From positions 64,001 through 128,000 of the IMG/VR virus record IMGVR_UViG_3300032288_001980: a stretch of 64,000 bases of DNA. One strand, 5' to 3'. Source of the stretch: a virus. Below the pieces are notes generated by a model. The model was not told the DNA's origin. It searched no databases and saw only the letters and a list, made by a program, of their open reading frames with translations. A program made the position numbers and the translations under genes. Below, piece after piece: positions 19,452 to 28,111 of this stretch (its first letter is position 1; each line of letters opens with the position of its first letter).

Positions 19452-20132
19452 ATGTCATATAACAAGACGAAAACCGACCCAGATTTGGGTAAACAAGTAC
19501 ACGAACATTTAGTTAAAATGGGCGTTGAGACTCCTACATTTCATACATCACTAGACCGCAAAGATAAAATTGCAGAGATTGAAAAGCATTTCAGTCATAT
19601 TATGCAAGTTCTTGGTTTAGATTTAGAAGATGATAGCCTTATGGAAACACCCAAGCGTGTTGCCAAGATGTATGTCAACGAAATCTTCTGGGGTCTAGAC
19701 TATGATGCTTTCCCAAAATGCACTACAGTAGACAACAAGATGAAGTATGACGAGATGGTCATTGAACGCAATGTCAATGTTCAAAGCAACTGCGAACATC
19801 ACTTTGTTGTGATTGATGGTGTGGCCACTGTTGCTTATATTCCCAAGCAGAAGGTTCTAGGCCTAAGTAAGATTAATCGTATTGTAGAATACTTTAGCAA
19901 GCGTCCTCAAATTCAAGAACGTCTAACAGAGCAGATTTATCATGCACTAAGCTACATTCTAGAAACAGATAACGTAGCAGTGGTTATTGATGCACAGCAT
20001 TATTGTGTGAAGTCGCGTGGCGTTGAAGATACTGGCAGTTCAACTGTTACCAGCAAGCTAGGCGGCTGTTTTAAAAATGAACCTGCTGTTCGAGCAGAGT
20101 TTATGAACATTGTTAATAACTGTGTGAGATAA
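19452..20132 (+). CDS. folE: GTP cyclohydrolase I
   Basis: ETPKRVAKMY, SNCEHH, GLSKINRIV, RPQIQERLT, HYCVKSRGV. Confidence 0.96.
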   Translation: MSYNKTKTDPDLGKQVHEHLVKMGVETPTFHTSLDRKDKIAEIEKHFSHIMQVLGLDLEDDSLMETPKRVAKMYVNEIFWGLDYDAFPKCTTVDNKMKYDEMVIERNVNVQSNCEHHFVVIDGVATVAYIPKQKVLGLSKINRIVEYFSKRPQIQERLTEQIYHALSYILETDNVAVVIDAQHYCVKSRGVEDTGSSTVTSKLGGCFKNEPAVRAEFMNIVNNCVR

Positions 20133-20134
20133 AA

Positions 20135-20644
20135 ATGGCTGACCCGATAGATGACTTAGCAGACATCTCATTTGAGTGGTCTAGCGATGATGCTACGATG
20201 ACAACTATTGACTTGTCAGGACTTACAGCCAGTGGCACTTGTCCTACTACTATGGCATCCACATATCCTTCTGGCAATGTAACCATTGCGTCTAGTAGTA
20301 CTACCAGTACCACCCTTGGTCCAATATACAGTATCGGTAGTGTCGGTAATTTAGGTATTGGTGCCCAGGGATCTACAATTAACAGTGGCTATACAATTAG
20401 TACTAGCCAAGGATGGAATGGCACGTTTGCTGGGGATCAACCTAAATTATCCATAGATGCCAAAGAAGAGGGAGTGTTTTTTAAAACAGAAAAACATAAC
20501 GTTAATTGGGATGAACTAATTGACGATATTAACTCTATTAAACGTGCGTTTTTGGCTATGAACGCTAATGACGAACTAATGGAAAAGTATCCAGAAATTC
20601 GTGACATGTTGTCCGAGTGGCTAATAAGAGGACTAAGCAAATGA
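20135..20644 (+). CDS. Hypothetical protein with Ser/Thr/Gly-rich N-terminal half
   Basis: Low-complexity stretch ASSSTTSTTLG etc. followed by a helical C-terminus. Confidence 0.65.
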   Translation: MADPIDDLADISFEWSSDDATMTTIDLSGLTASGTCPTTMASTYPSGNVTIASSSTTSTTLGPIYSIGSVGNLGIGAQGSTINSGYTISTSQGWNGTFAGDQPKLSIDAKEEGVFFKTEKHNVNWDELIDDINSIKRAFLAMNANDELMEKYPEIRDMLSEWLIRGLSK

Positions 20645-21228
20645 AAAAGATTTATATAGACGACAAACAATTAAAAAGTTACGTAGCTAATCTGGCTAGG
20701 CAAATTACTATCTCTAGATGGAGGCCTGATTATATAGTGGGTCTAACCAGGGGTGGACTAGTGCCTGCAACAATGCTAAGTCATTGGTTACAAGTACCTA
20801 TGCATACTCTTAATGTTAGTTTAAGAGACGATTCGGGTATGGGCCCTGAAAGTAATCTTTGGATGGCCGAAGATGCCTTTGGCTATCCTAAGCCCGAGCG
20901 TTTTGTAGAAGATGAAAACGATATAGGTGCTGTGCTAGATGCGGCGGGCTCTCTGCTAGAAGAAGGCGACACATCAAAAAAGATACTTATTGTCGATGAT
21001 ATCAACGACAGCGGTGCAACATTTAATTGGATTAAAGAAGATTGGCAAAGCGGTTGCTTGCCAAATGATCCTGATTGGAATTATGTTTGGCATCACAATG
21101 TACGTTTTGCTGTTGTAGTCAACAATGACTCTAGCGAATTTAAAAATGTCGACTACTCTGCACTTAACATAAACAAAGCAGAAGAAGATTCGTGGGTGGT
21201 ATTTCCATGGGAGAACTGGTGGGAATGA
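20641..21228 (+). CDS. Type I phosphoribosyltransferase (xanthine/guanine PRT-like)
   Basis: IVGLTRGGLVPA, PRPP-binding LIVDDINDSGAT, C-terminal WVVFPWE. Confidence 0.88.
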   Translation: MKKIYIDDKQLKSYVANLARQITISRWRPDYIVGLTRGGLVPATMLSHWLQVPMHTLNVSLRDDSGMGPESNLWMAEDAFGYPKPERFVEDENDIGAVLDAAGSLLEEGDTSKKILIVDDINDSGATFNWIKEDWQSGCLPNDPDWNYVWHHNVRFAVVVNNDSSEFKNVDYSALNINKAEEDSWVVFPWENWWE

Positions 21229-21413
21229 ACAATAATGTGTTACCAGGATCTAAGTGGTTTAGTTCCGATTGTCAAATATTTAAGGTAGAAATGGTCTACG
21301 AAAACAGTGCCGGAACATGGGTTACATATATTAATACAAAAACAGATCAAGTATACGACTGTTTAATTGAAGCATTTTTAAATAGATTTACAGAAAAGGC
21401 CAATGAAGGATGA
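21225..21413 (+). CDS. Hypothetical protein
   Basis: ATGA overlap with both neighbours; 62 aa. Confidence 0.55.
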   Translation: MNNNVLPGSKWFSSDCQIFKVEMVYENSAGTWVTYINTKTDQVYDCLIEAFLNRFTEKANEG

Positions 21414-21808
21414 TAATGAAAGATGATAAAATTTTTTCAGGTATTCCTGATAGTAAAGAAGATAGTACTGCCCCGTGGGACGATATGGTTTGGGAAGATT
21501 TTCACGTGGCAGTATACAAGGACAAATATCCTGTAAATCATGGGCACTTGCTGTTTGTGCCTAAATACAATACTGTTAGTATCCTAATGGATGCTTTTGA
21601 AGATGCTGTTAATCACGGTAAGAAAATGGTCAAAGACGGACAATGGGACGGTTTCAATATTGGTATGAATTATGGTTCTGCGTCTGGACAAACAGTTAAT
21701 TGGCCACATGTACATTTAATCCCTCGCTTTCATGGAGATTGTGAGGATCCAACCGGCGGCGTTAGGGGTGTTATTCCTGGCAAAGCCAATTATAAAAAGG
21801 CACCATAA
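21410..21808 (+). CDS. HIT-family hydrolase
   Basis: YPVNHGHLLFVPK, GFNIGMN, GQTVNWPHVHLIPR. Confidence 0.9.
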   Translation: MIMKDDKIFSGIPDSKEDSTAPWDDMVWEDFHVAVYKDKYPVNHGHLLFVPKYNTVSILMDAFEDAVNHGKKMVKDGQWDGFNIGMNYGSASGQTVNWPHVHLIPRFHGDCEDPTGGVRGVIPGKANYKKAP

Positions 21809-22038
21809 TGAGCGAAACATTCAATCTCAATACAAGGACTACAGTTGTTACTGACACACCTTCGTTTAAAATGACTATCAAAGTCAATGACATCAAAAGT
21901 CCTCCTAACCTAAAAGCCATTTATTTTATTAGAGAAGAATTTGACCTTAAAGGCGAACAAATTAATTCTAGTACATATGAATTCTTTCTTACACCAGATG
22001 AATTAAAATCTGTTGCTACAGCATTGGCTACAGTTTGA
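21808..22038 (+). CDS. Hypothetical protein
   Basis: TAATG overlap; 76 aa. Confidence 0.6.
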   Translation: MSETFNLNTRTTVVTDTPSFKMTIKVNDIKSPPNLKAIYFIREEFDLKGEQINSSTYEFFLTPDELKSVATALATV

Positions 22039-22063
22039 CTATTGCTAATTTATATTGTATAAT
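22035..22063 (+). promoter_or_regulatory. Sigma70-type promoter, probably giving a leaderless mRNA
   Basis: TTGACT, 17 nt, TATAAT; ATG at 22069 lies 5 nt after the -10 box with no room for an RBS. Confidence 0.7.
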
Positions 22064-22068
22064 GCAGT

Positions 22069-22452
22069 ATGGAAATCAATGATACTGTCGATCTCGCCGC
22101 CGATATTAAAAATTGTGCATGGATAGTGGAAAAAGTTCGCACTAACAAAACCTATGCACAAAATCTTTATGCGGCCTTGTGTAATATAATTTGGTTTAAG
22201 ACCAATGACTTTTGGCCGGCACTAACTGGTAACAATGAATGGAGTTGCAGTTGGCGATGGGCAGGAGGTTTTGTTGCTGAATTGGAGGATCAAGGCGGTG
22301 ATTACATGGATTGGTATTGCAGTGGTATCCGTGGTGACAAAGATGAAAATAAAGAGTTATACGTTGGTGAAGGTTATGTAACCAACGAAGTAGCAGATGA
22401 TTTAGCTAAAATTGGATGGAAATGGAAAGAATATGAAGATCAAGGTATCTGA
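22069..22452 (+). CDS. Hypothetical protein
   Basis: 127 aa, Trp-rich (WSCSWRWAGG, DYMDWYCSG). Confidence 0.7.
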   Translation: MEINDTVDLAADIKNCAWIVEKVRTNKTYAQNLYAALCNIIWFKTNDFWPALTGNNEWSCSWRWAGGFVAELEDQGGDYMDWYCSGIRGDKDENKELYVGEGYVTNEVADDLAKIGWKWKEYEDQGI

Positions 22453-23305
22453 GAAATTTTACAGTTTACAAGGCGAAGGAAGGTTTGTAGGAGTACCCAG
22501 TGTATTTTTACGAACCTTTGGTTGTAATTTTACCTGTGCAGGCTTTGGCTGTAAGCCTGGAGAAAAAAGTACAGGTGCAGACGAAATAGCACAAGTTGTT
22601 CATATGTACAACAAGTTCGAAGATTTGCCATTGGTAGAAACAGGCTGTGACAGTTATGCTAGTTGGCATCCGGACTTTAAGCACTTGAGCCCTAATTATG
22701 AAACTAGTGAGCTAGTTGATGCAATGCTGGCACTGACACCAAACGGTAAATGGGTGCAGGACAATGGCAATGATGTGCATCTTGTTATTACAGGCGGAGA
22801 GCCTTTGCTGGGTTGGCAACGTGCTTACGAAGAACTAATCAGTAATCCTCGTATGCGTGACTTACGCAATATTACATTTGAAACTAATGGTACTCAAAAA
22901 TTACAAAAAGGATTTAAAGACTTTTTGCAAGCATGGCAACAACCAGCACTAGGACAATCACAGACACAGTTTGTGACTTTTAGTGTTAGTGCCAAACTAA
23001 GTGCCAGCGGCGAGACATGGGAAGATGCTATTAGGCCTGAAGTAGTATGCGAATACGCCAGCATTGGTCATACTTATCTTAAGTTTGTTGTTGAAACAGA
23101 TGAGCATATCGAAGAAGCTAAACGTGCTACAAAAGAATTTAGGGATGCAGGATTTACAGGAGTAGTATATCTAATGCCGCAGGGAGGCATTGTTGCTCCG
23201 TATGACGCAAATAAAATTAGAATTGCTAATATCTGTGCGGAACAAGGATGGAACTACAGTCCCCGTTTACACGTTGACTTATGGGGTAACGGATGGGGCA
23301 AATGA
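22433..23305 (+). CDS. queE: 7-carboxy-7-deazaguanine synthase (radical SAM)
   Basis: EKFYSLQGEG, VFLRTFGCNFTC, GCDS, VITGGEP, FETNG, SPRLHVDLW. Confidence 0.88.
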   Translation: MKIKVSEKFYSLQGEGRFVGVPSVFLRTFGCNFTCAGFGCKPGEKSTGADEIAQVVHMYNKFEDLPLVETGCDSYASWHPDFKHLSPNYETSELVDAMLALTPNGKWVQDNGNDVHLVITGGEPLLGWQRAYEELISNPRMRDLRNITFETNGTQKLQKGFKDFLQAWQQPALGQSQTQFVTFSVSAKLSASGETWEDAIRPEVVCEYASIGHTYLKFVVETDEHIEEAKRATKEFRDAGFTGVVYLMPQGGIVAPYDANKIRIANICAEQGWNYSPRLHVDLWGNGWGK

Positions 23306-23529
23306 TTCAAGAAACTCATAAACGTACATTAGCTAGAATGATCAGTTATAGATTAACTGCATGGTCATTTACTATTTTTTATACTTGGTTGTTCACTGGT
23401 AACATTGGAACCGCTACCGGTTTTGCTACACTATTACATATACTGTTAAGTATCGACTATTACTTTCATGAACGTATTTGGTTAAAAATTAAATGGGGTC
23501 TCAAATCCGATGATGTACCAAGACAGTGA
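23302..23529 (+). CDS. Small membrane protein (DUF2061-like)
   Basis: ETHKRTLARMISYR..YYFHERIWLKIKWG pattern. Confidence 0.65.
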   Translation: MIQETHKRTLARMISYRLTAWSFTIFYTWLFTGNIGTATGFATLLHILLSIDYYFHERIWLKIKWGLKSDDVPRQ

Positions 23530-23758
23530 AGTCCAATCATACGATTACTTTTGGGAACGAGCAGATTGGACTTACAAATTTGCACTAATTCCAAAACGTT
23601 GCGCCAAAACCAATAAATGGATGTGGATGCAAACAGTAGCACAGGCCCATAGAATGTATACTGGACCAGGCGATCCAATTCATGAATATAGATATATTGA
23701 CAAAAATGAGTTCTTTATGTTACAATTACAGGGAGGACTGAAAAATGGCATTCGTTGA
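23510..23758 (+). CDS. Hypothetical protein
   Basis: Overlapping chain of ORFs; 82 aa. Confidence 0.55.
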   Translation: MMYQDSEVQSYDYFWERADWTYKFALIPKRCAKTNKWMWMQTVAQAHRMYTGPGDPIHEYRYIDKNEFFMLQLQGGLKNGIR

Positions 23759-24071
23759 TAAAATTAAACGTTTCTTTAAAAAGAAAGAAGAAACCCGTAG
23801 TGAAAAAGACCAAGCTACACTTAAAGGTGAGCCTTGGGTTAAAGTAGTTAAAGTTGATGTTGATCCGGAAAATCCAAATCAAGGCTTTTTTGAACTTGAC
23901 TGGAACGATCATTTTGTTACAATGCTAAGTAGGGCAGGGTATCAGGGTTCTACTCCTGACATTATTGTTGACGCTTGGTTCAATGATTTGTGCAACAGTA
24001 TTGCTCGCAGTACTATTGAAGAAGAAAAGTTTATAGCTGACGCAGATGTTCTGCAAAAACGTAAAGGTTAA
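23745..24071 (+). CDS. Hypothetical protein
   Basis: GGAGG RBS; GFFELDWND..F motif; 108 aa. Confidence 0.7.
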   Translation: MAFVDKIKRFFKKKEETRSEKDQATLKGEPWVKVVKVDVDPENPNQGFFELDWNDHFVTMLSRAGYQGSTPDIIVDAWFNDLCNSIARSTIEEEKFIADADVLQKRKG

Positions 24072-24073
24072 AA

Positions 24074-25054
24074 ATGACTTATATCCTAGTCGATGCTAGT
24101 AATATGTTTTTTCGTGCTCGCCACGTTGTTAGGGGAGACGACCCTGAAACTAAAGTAGGCATGGCTTACCATATTATGTTTGCCAGTATTAATAAGGTAT
24201 GGCGAGACTTCCAGGGTAAACACGTTATCTTCTGTTTCGAAGGTCGCTCGTGGCGCAAAGATGTTTATCCTGCTTATAAGGCCAATCGTGCGGCTGCTCG
24301 TGCCGCACTAACTGAAAGAGAAGCCGAAGAAGATAAAATGTTTTGGGAAGCCTTTGATCAGTTCAAACAGTTTCTAACAGAAAAGACTAACTGCACTACA
24401 CTTCGACACGAAAATTGTGAAGCAGATGATTTTATTGCTCGCTGGATTCAAAATCATCCCGAAGCCGAACATGTGATAGTCAGTAGCGACAGCGACTTTT
24501 ATCAGTTACTGGCTACCAATGTAAAACAGTACAACGGTATTACCAAAGAAACAATTACTGTTGATGGTATTTTCGACGACAAAGGTCGCCCCGTACTAGA
24601 TAAAAAAACTAAAACTCCCAAAGTAGTCGAAGATCCGCAATGGCTTCTTTTCGAGAAGTGTATGCGTGGCGATACTAGCGATAATGTCTTTAGTGCTTAT
24701 CCAGGTGTGCGTGAAAAAGGTACCAAAAATAAAGTTGGCCTGCGTGAAGCCTTTGCCGACAGAACTGACAAAGGCTATAATTGGAACAATCTCATGCTTC
24801 AGCGTTGGACCGACCACGACGGTAAAGAACACAGGGTTCGTGATCGATATGAAGAAAATAAACGCATTATCGACTTGACACAACAGCCCGATAACATTAA
24901 ACTAGCACTGGATACAACTATTGCAGAATGCTTGCAAAAAGAGCCTAAACGACAAGTAGGTGTAGAGTTTTTGAGATTCTGTGGTAAATGGGACTTACAA
25001 GAAATTGCCAAGCGACCAGATGATCATGTAAATTATTTGAATGCAAAATATTAA
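24074..25054 (+). CDS. RNase H / 5'-3' exonuclease (T4 Rnh, FEN-like)
   Basis: ILVDASN, WRKDVYPAYKANR, EADDFIA, VSSDSDFYQL, RGDTSDN. Confidence 0.92.
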   Translation: MTYILVDASNMFFRARHVVRGDDPETKVGMAYHIMFASINKVWRDFQGKHVIFCFEGRSWRKDVYPAYKANRAAARAALTEREAEEDKMFWEAFDQFKQFLTEKTNCTTLRHENCEADDFIARWIQNHPEAEHVIVSSDSDFYQLLATNVKQYNGITKETITVDGIFDDKGRPVLDKKTKTPKVVEDPQWLLFEKCMRGDTSDNVFSAYPGVREKGTKNKVGLREAFADRTDKGYNWNNLMLQRWTDHDGKEHRVRDRYEENKRIIDLTQQPDNIKLALDTTIAECLQKEPKRQVGVEFLRFCGKWDLQEIAKRPDDHVNYLNAKY

Positions 25055-25055
25055 T

Positions 25056-25523
25056 ATGTTAGCAAAAACTATCATGCCCGGCAAGTTTTGGATACTTGAA
25101 GAAAGCGGGCAGAAAATTGGCACTATTCATAATGGTGACAATGTGTTTACCTTGAGCTTTAAAGGTGGCCTTAAAAGATATACTGATGTTAAAGTGCTAG
25201 AGGACGAACTAAAAGTTAATTTAGGTGCTAGTGCTCAAGAAGTAAACATTAAAAATAGTAACGATTTTGTACAGGACTATCCGACCAGCTGGAATAAGAT
25301 TTTTAATAAAAGTGAACAAGATGGTTTACCTGTTTTTACTAAAACAGAAAAATCAAAAAGTTTTCATGCGGCTGGATACTATGGTATTAAGTTTCCAAAT
25401 GGCTGGACTACTAGTTTTTGTCCTAGATTAAATACTTTGAAAGGCTATAGTTATATCGGTCCCTTTAAGACACAAGCGGACATGATGGTAGCTATTCAAC
25501 GTAAGAAAAATGAAAGAACTTAA
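25056..25523 (+). CDS. Hypothetical protein
   Basis: Contiguous ORF; ATG 25056. Confidence 0.7.
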   Translation: MLAKTIMPGKFWILEESGQKIGTIHNGDNVFTLSFKGGLKRYTDVKVLEDELKVNLGASAQEVNIKNSNDFVQDYPTSWNKIFNKSEQDGLPVFTKTEKSKSFHAAGYYGIKFPNGWTTSFCPRLNTLKGYSYIGPFKTQADMMVAIQRKKNERT

Positions 25524-25713
25524 TTTCGCTGTAGTTAAAAAGCTCAGTGATACTGTAGAGACTGCTACTAGGACTCATAGCAAAGATATACGTCTAAGTA
25601 CCGCAGATGCTGTATCTTTACTGGCTGTAATTGCAAATTTAAGCATAAAAGCCGTTGAAAAACCGCCAGTTATAACTGCCCTACAAGCTACTGACGGCGG
25701 CACTTTTAAGTGA
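25510..25713 (+). CDS. Hypothetical protein
   Basis: 67 aa, overlaps the upstream gene. Confidence 0.55.
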   Translation: MKELNFAVVKKLSDTVETATRTHSKDIRLSTADAVSLLAVIANLSIKAVEKPPVITALQATDGGTFK

Positions 25714-25769
25714 CTTAACGCCAATAAAACTTGCTTTAATGGATAAATATCCATGAAGAGGAAGTTAAG

Positions 25770-26066
25770 ATGGCGAGACCGAAACCACAGATACTGTTAG
25801 ACTACACTAATCCCAAAACCTATAAAAGCGAGCAAATATTAGAAGCCGACGCCATTTATGCAGTCTTTTATGACGGGCACCCTATTAATCTTCGCAGTTT
25901 AAATAGCCTAGTAAATTACCCGGGGCCGAAATACAAAAAGGTTAGCTTTAGTAACAGCGGCCATGCTTTTAATCTAGCCGAAAGACTTAACAAACTTTTC
26001 AAAACTGATAAATTCCAAGTGTTTGAATTAACACAAGGGAAACCCATATCAGATGAACCTAAGTGA
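25770..26066 (+). CDS. Hypothetical protein
   Basis: GAGG RBS; preceded by GATAAATA (25742-25749) inside a 7-bp inverted repeat. Confidence 0.7.
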   Translation: MARPKPQILLDYTNPKTYKSEQILEADAIYAVFYDGHPINLRSLNSLVNYPGPKYKKVSFSNSGHAFNLAERLNKLFKTDKFQVFELTQGKPISDEPK

Positions 26067-26412
26067 AGTTATTGTTGAAGAAATTAAAAAGTACCACAAG
26101 TTAGACAAAGTAAATCCTTGGACTATTTTTTACAATTACAACAAGGGTAAAGGCACAAGATTAACCAAGCAAGGTTTTTTACTGCTACAACCAATATTCA
26201 CTAGTTACAAAATTCCCTTAGATAAAGAACATAGAATTCGAAGCAAGCACTTGATAATTTTGGAAAGATCCATGACCTTTCCCTATTACATAACTGGTAG
26301 TGCTATTTGGCTTTTTAGCGAACAAGATGCTTTCATGCTTAAACTAAATGGCGGTGACATTGAGCACTTGGGCCAAACGGTTGGCGTCAGCCTTGACTCT
26401 AAAAACGATTAA
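26053..26412 (+). CDS. Hypothetical protein
   Basis: 119 aa, overlaps the upstream gene. Confidence 0.65.
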   Translation: MNLSEVIVEEIKKYHKLDKVNPWTIFYNYNKGKGTRLTKQGFLLLQPIFTSYKIPLDKEHRIRSKHLIILERSMTFPYYITGSAIWLFSEQDAFMLKLNGGDIEHLGQTVGVSLDSKND

Positions 26413-26421
26413 TGCTACACT
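26393..26421 (+). promoter_or_regulatory. Sigma70-type promoter with extended -10, probably leaderless
   Basis: TTGACT, 17 nt, TACACT preceded by TGC; ATG at 26428. Confidence 0.55.
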
Positions 26422-26427
26422 TGTTCT

Positions 26428-27096
26428 ATGCATACTATCTATATTGAAGACAAATCCAAACATTTACCACCAAAACTTTTGGACGCACTACATGTGGGCA
26501 AGGGCGCTTGGATCGCAGGCGGTGCGGCTCGTTGTTTATTTTTAGGAAGTCCTTTAAACGACATTGACGTATGGTATCCTAGCGAAAAACTATGGCAACA
26601 TTCTGTACAAAATATAAACCGGTACAGAGTATCTAGCCCTTATGAAACTGACAATGCAACCACGGTAACTGTATCCAGTGATTGGTCTAAGGAAGCTACT
26701 GAAACTACACCTTTAGTTGACGGAGCTAACACTGACTGGGTTGGGTTACTTAAAGGTATCACTAGTGTATTCTCCGACAATACTATCAATGAATACAAAG
26801 TACAAATGATTAAAAAGAAATACTATACCTGTATAGAAGAAATTTTTAATGATTTCGACTTTAGTGTTTGCAAAGTAGCCACAGACGGTCAAGGGCAGTT
26901 TACTTTTGATGAACAAGCATTAGAAGATATTGCACATCAGCGTTTACGTTGTACACGATATTCGCCTGAAGGCTTTCTCACAAGATTTATCAAATATAAT
27001 ATCTACGGATACAAAATGCCCAAAGAAGAACTCAAGCACTATTTGAGTTTGCCAGATTTAGATTGGAAAGTTAAGGATGACAGCACTCTCTATTGA
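26428..27096 (+). CDS. Nucleotidyltransferase (CCA-adding/poly(A) polymerase head-domain-like)
   Basis: WIAGGAAR...NDIDVW (GG + DxD), FDFSVCK, R..KY..YGY. Confidence 0.7.
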   Translation: MHTIYIEDKSKHLPPKLLDALHVGKGAWIAGGAARCLFLGSPLNDIDVWYPSEKLWQHSVQNINRYRVSSPYETDNATTVTVSSDWSKEATETTPLVDGANTDWVGLLKGITSVFSDNTINEYKVQMIKKKYYTCIEEIFNDFDFSVCKVATDGQGQFTFDEQALEDIAHQRLRCTRYSPEGFLTRFIKYNIYGYKMPKEELKHYLSLPDLDWKVKDDSTLY

Positions 27097-27481
27097 AGAA
27101 TTTAATCAAGCCAAGTTGGTCAGTACGCTGTCCAGACGACCAGTTAGAGTCAATAAAGACTGGGTTGTATGGTTTGATATTGCACTGACCCCGGTGTTGT
27201 GCCTCGCACTAATCGGCAAGTTCTGTGGTGCAGGGGTTGGCAATCTCAGTAAAGATATCTTGCTCAATGACTACAACAGTATCAAAGATCAATTGCCTCG
27301 AGTAATGCAACCAGGACAAGAATGGGTAACTGATTTCTTTTATAACAGAAAGTTAGATGCACTAGGCGACTCTGGTCCCGGATGGTTCAACTTAATTAGA
27401 CGTAGGCTGGAATGGAAAAGTGAAAATCAGTTTCCCGAAGATTTGCTTAAAATTTATTTGGAACAGGTATATATAGAGTAA
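27077..27481 (+). CDS. Hypothetical protein
   Basis: 134 aa, overlaps the upstream gene. Confidence 0.6.
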   Translation: MTALSIEEFNQAKLVSTLSRRPVRVNKDWVVWFDIALTPVLCLALIGKFCGAGVGNLSKDILLNDYNSIKDQLPRVMQPGQEWVTDFFYNRKLDALGDSGPGWFNLIRRRLEWKSENQFPEDLLKIYLEQVYIE

Positions 27482-27489
27482 ATAAAATC

Positions 27490-28080
27490 ATGCACTTGCC
27501 TTACTTTGAATTAAAGTTTAGAACTGGCTCCGAAGAAGACGTTAATGAATTTATCGATATTTGGGAACAGCACACTATCGAATCAAGGGAACCTGTTAAT
27601 AGACTAACTGTGATTAACGGTAGACTTTGGCGAAAGGCAATGCTATGGCCTAATAAAACAGTTTTTTCTGCTTCAGTTGACCTAATAGGGCAACAAAAAA
27701 ATCATACTTGGTCAACTAGTTTAAAATTAAAAGACGAGTTAGTCAGCAAGGGCGATCGAAGCATAGGAAAAGTTTCTGCACCGTGGGCTACTATTTTTCC
27801 TTTAAGCGGAAAAATAACAGTTCATTTTAAAGGCGACGATAATAACACATTACTTACTTTGCCTATCACCGTACCATATATGGTACCTTCTTTCTATCCG
27901 GTTGATATTGTCACTGAAGGCTGGGCTAGCGTATATTTAATACATCGATATGTGGCCAGAACACCCAACAGTAACGAAAAAAATCCTACTGCTGAAAATA
28001 TATGGGCAGGGCATCATCGTCATATTATAGAAGTTCCTATGTATATGTTAAAAAATATAATGCTCAAAGACAAAGGTTGA
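27490..28080 (+). CDS. Hypothetical protein
   Basis: 196 aa; TAAATA at 27479-27484 just upstream. Confidence 0.65.
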   Translation: MHLPYFELKFRTGSEEDVNEFIDIWEQHTIESREPVNRLTVINGRLWRKAMLWPNKTVFSASVDLIGQQKNHTWSTSLKLKDELVSKGDRSIGKVSAPWATIFPLSGKITVHFKGDDNNTLLTLPITVPYMVPSFYPVDIVTEGWASVYLIHRYVARTPNSNEKNPTAENIWAGHHRHIIEVPMYMLKNIMLKDKG

Positions 28081-28105
28081 CACAAAATCCAATTTATTGT
28101 ATAAT
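28077..28105 (+). promoter_or_regulatory. Consensus early promoter cassette copy 1
   Basis: TTGACA-caaaatccaatttattg-TATAAT (17-nt spacer). Confidence 0.9.
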
Positions 28106-28111
28106 TGGACT

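Noticed and set aside
25739-25754. 7-bp inverted repeat ATGGATA-AA-TATCCAT as an operator
   Set aside because: Single short AT-rich occurrence overlapping a TAAATA core; could arise by chance.
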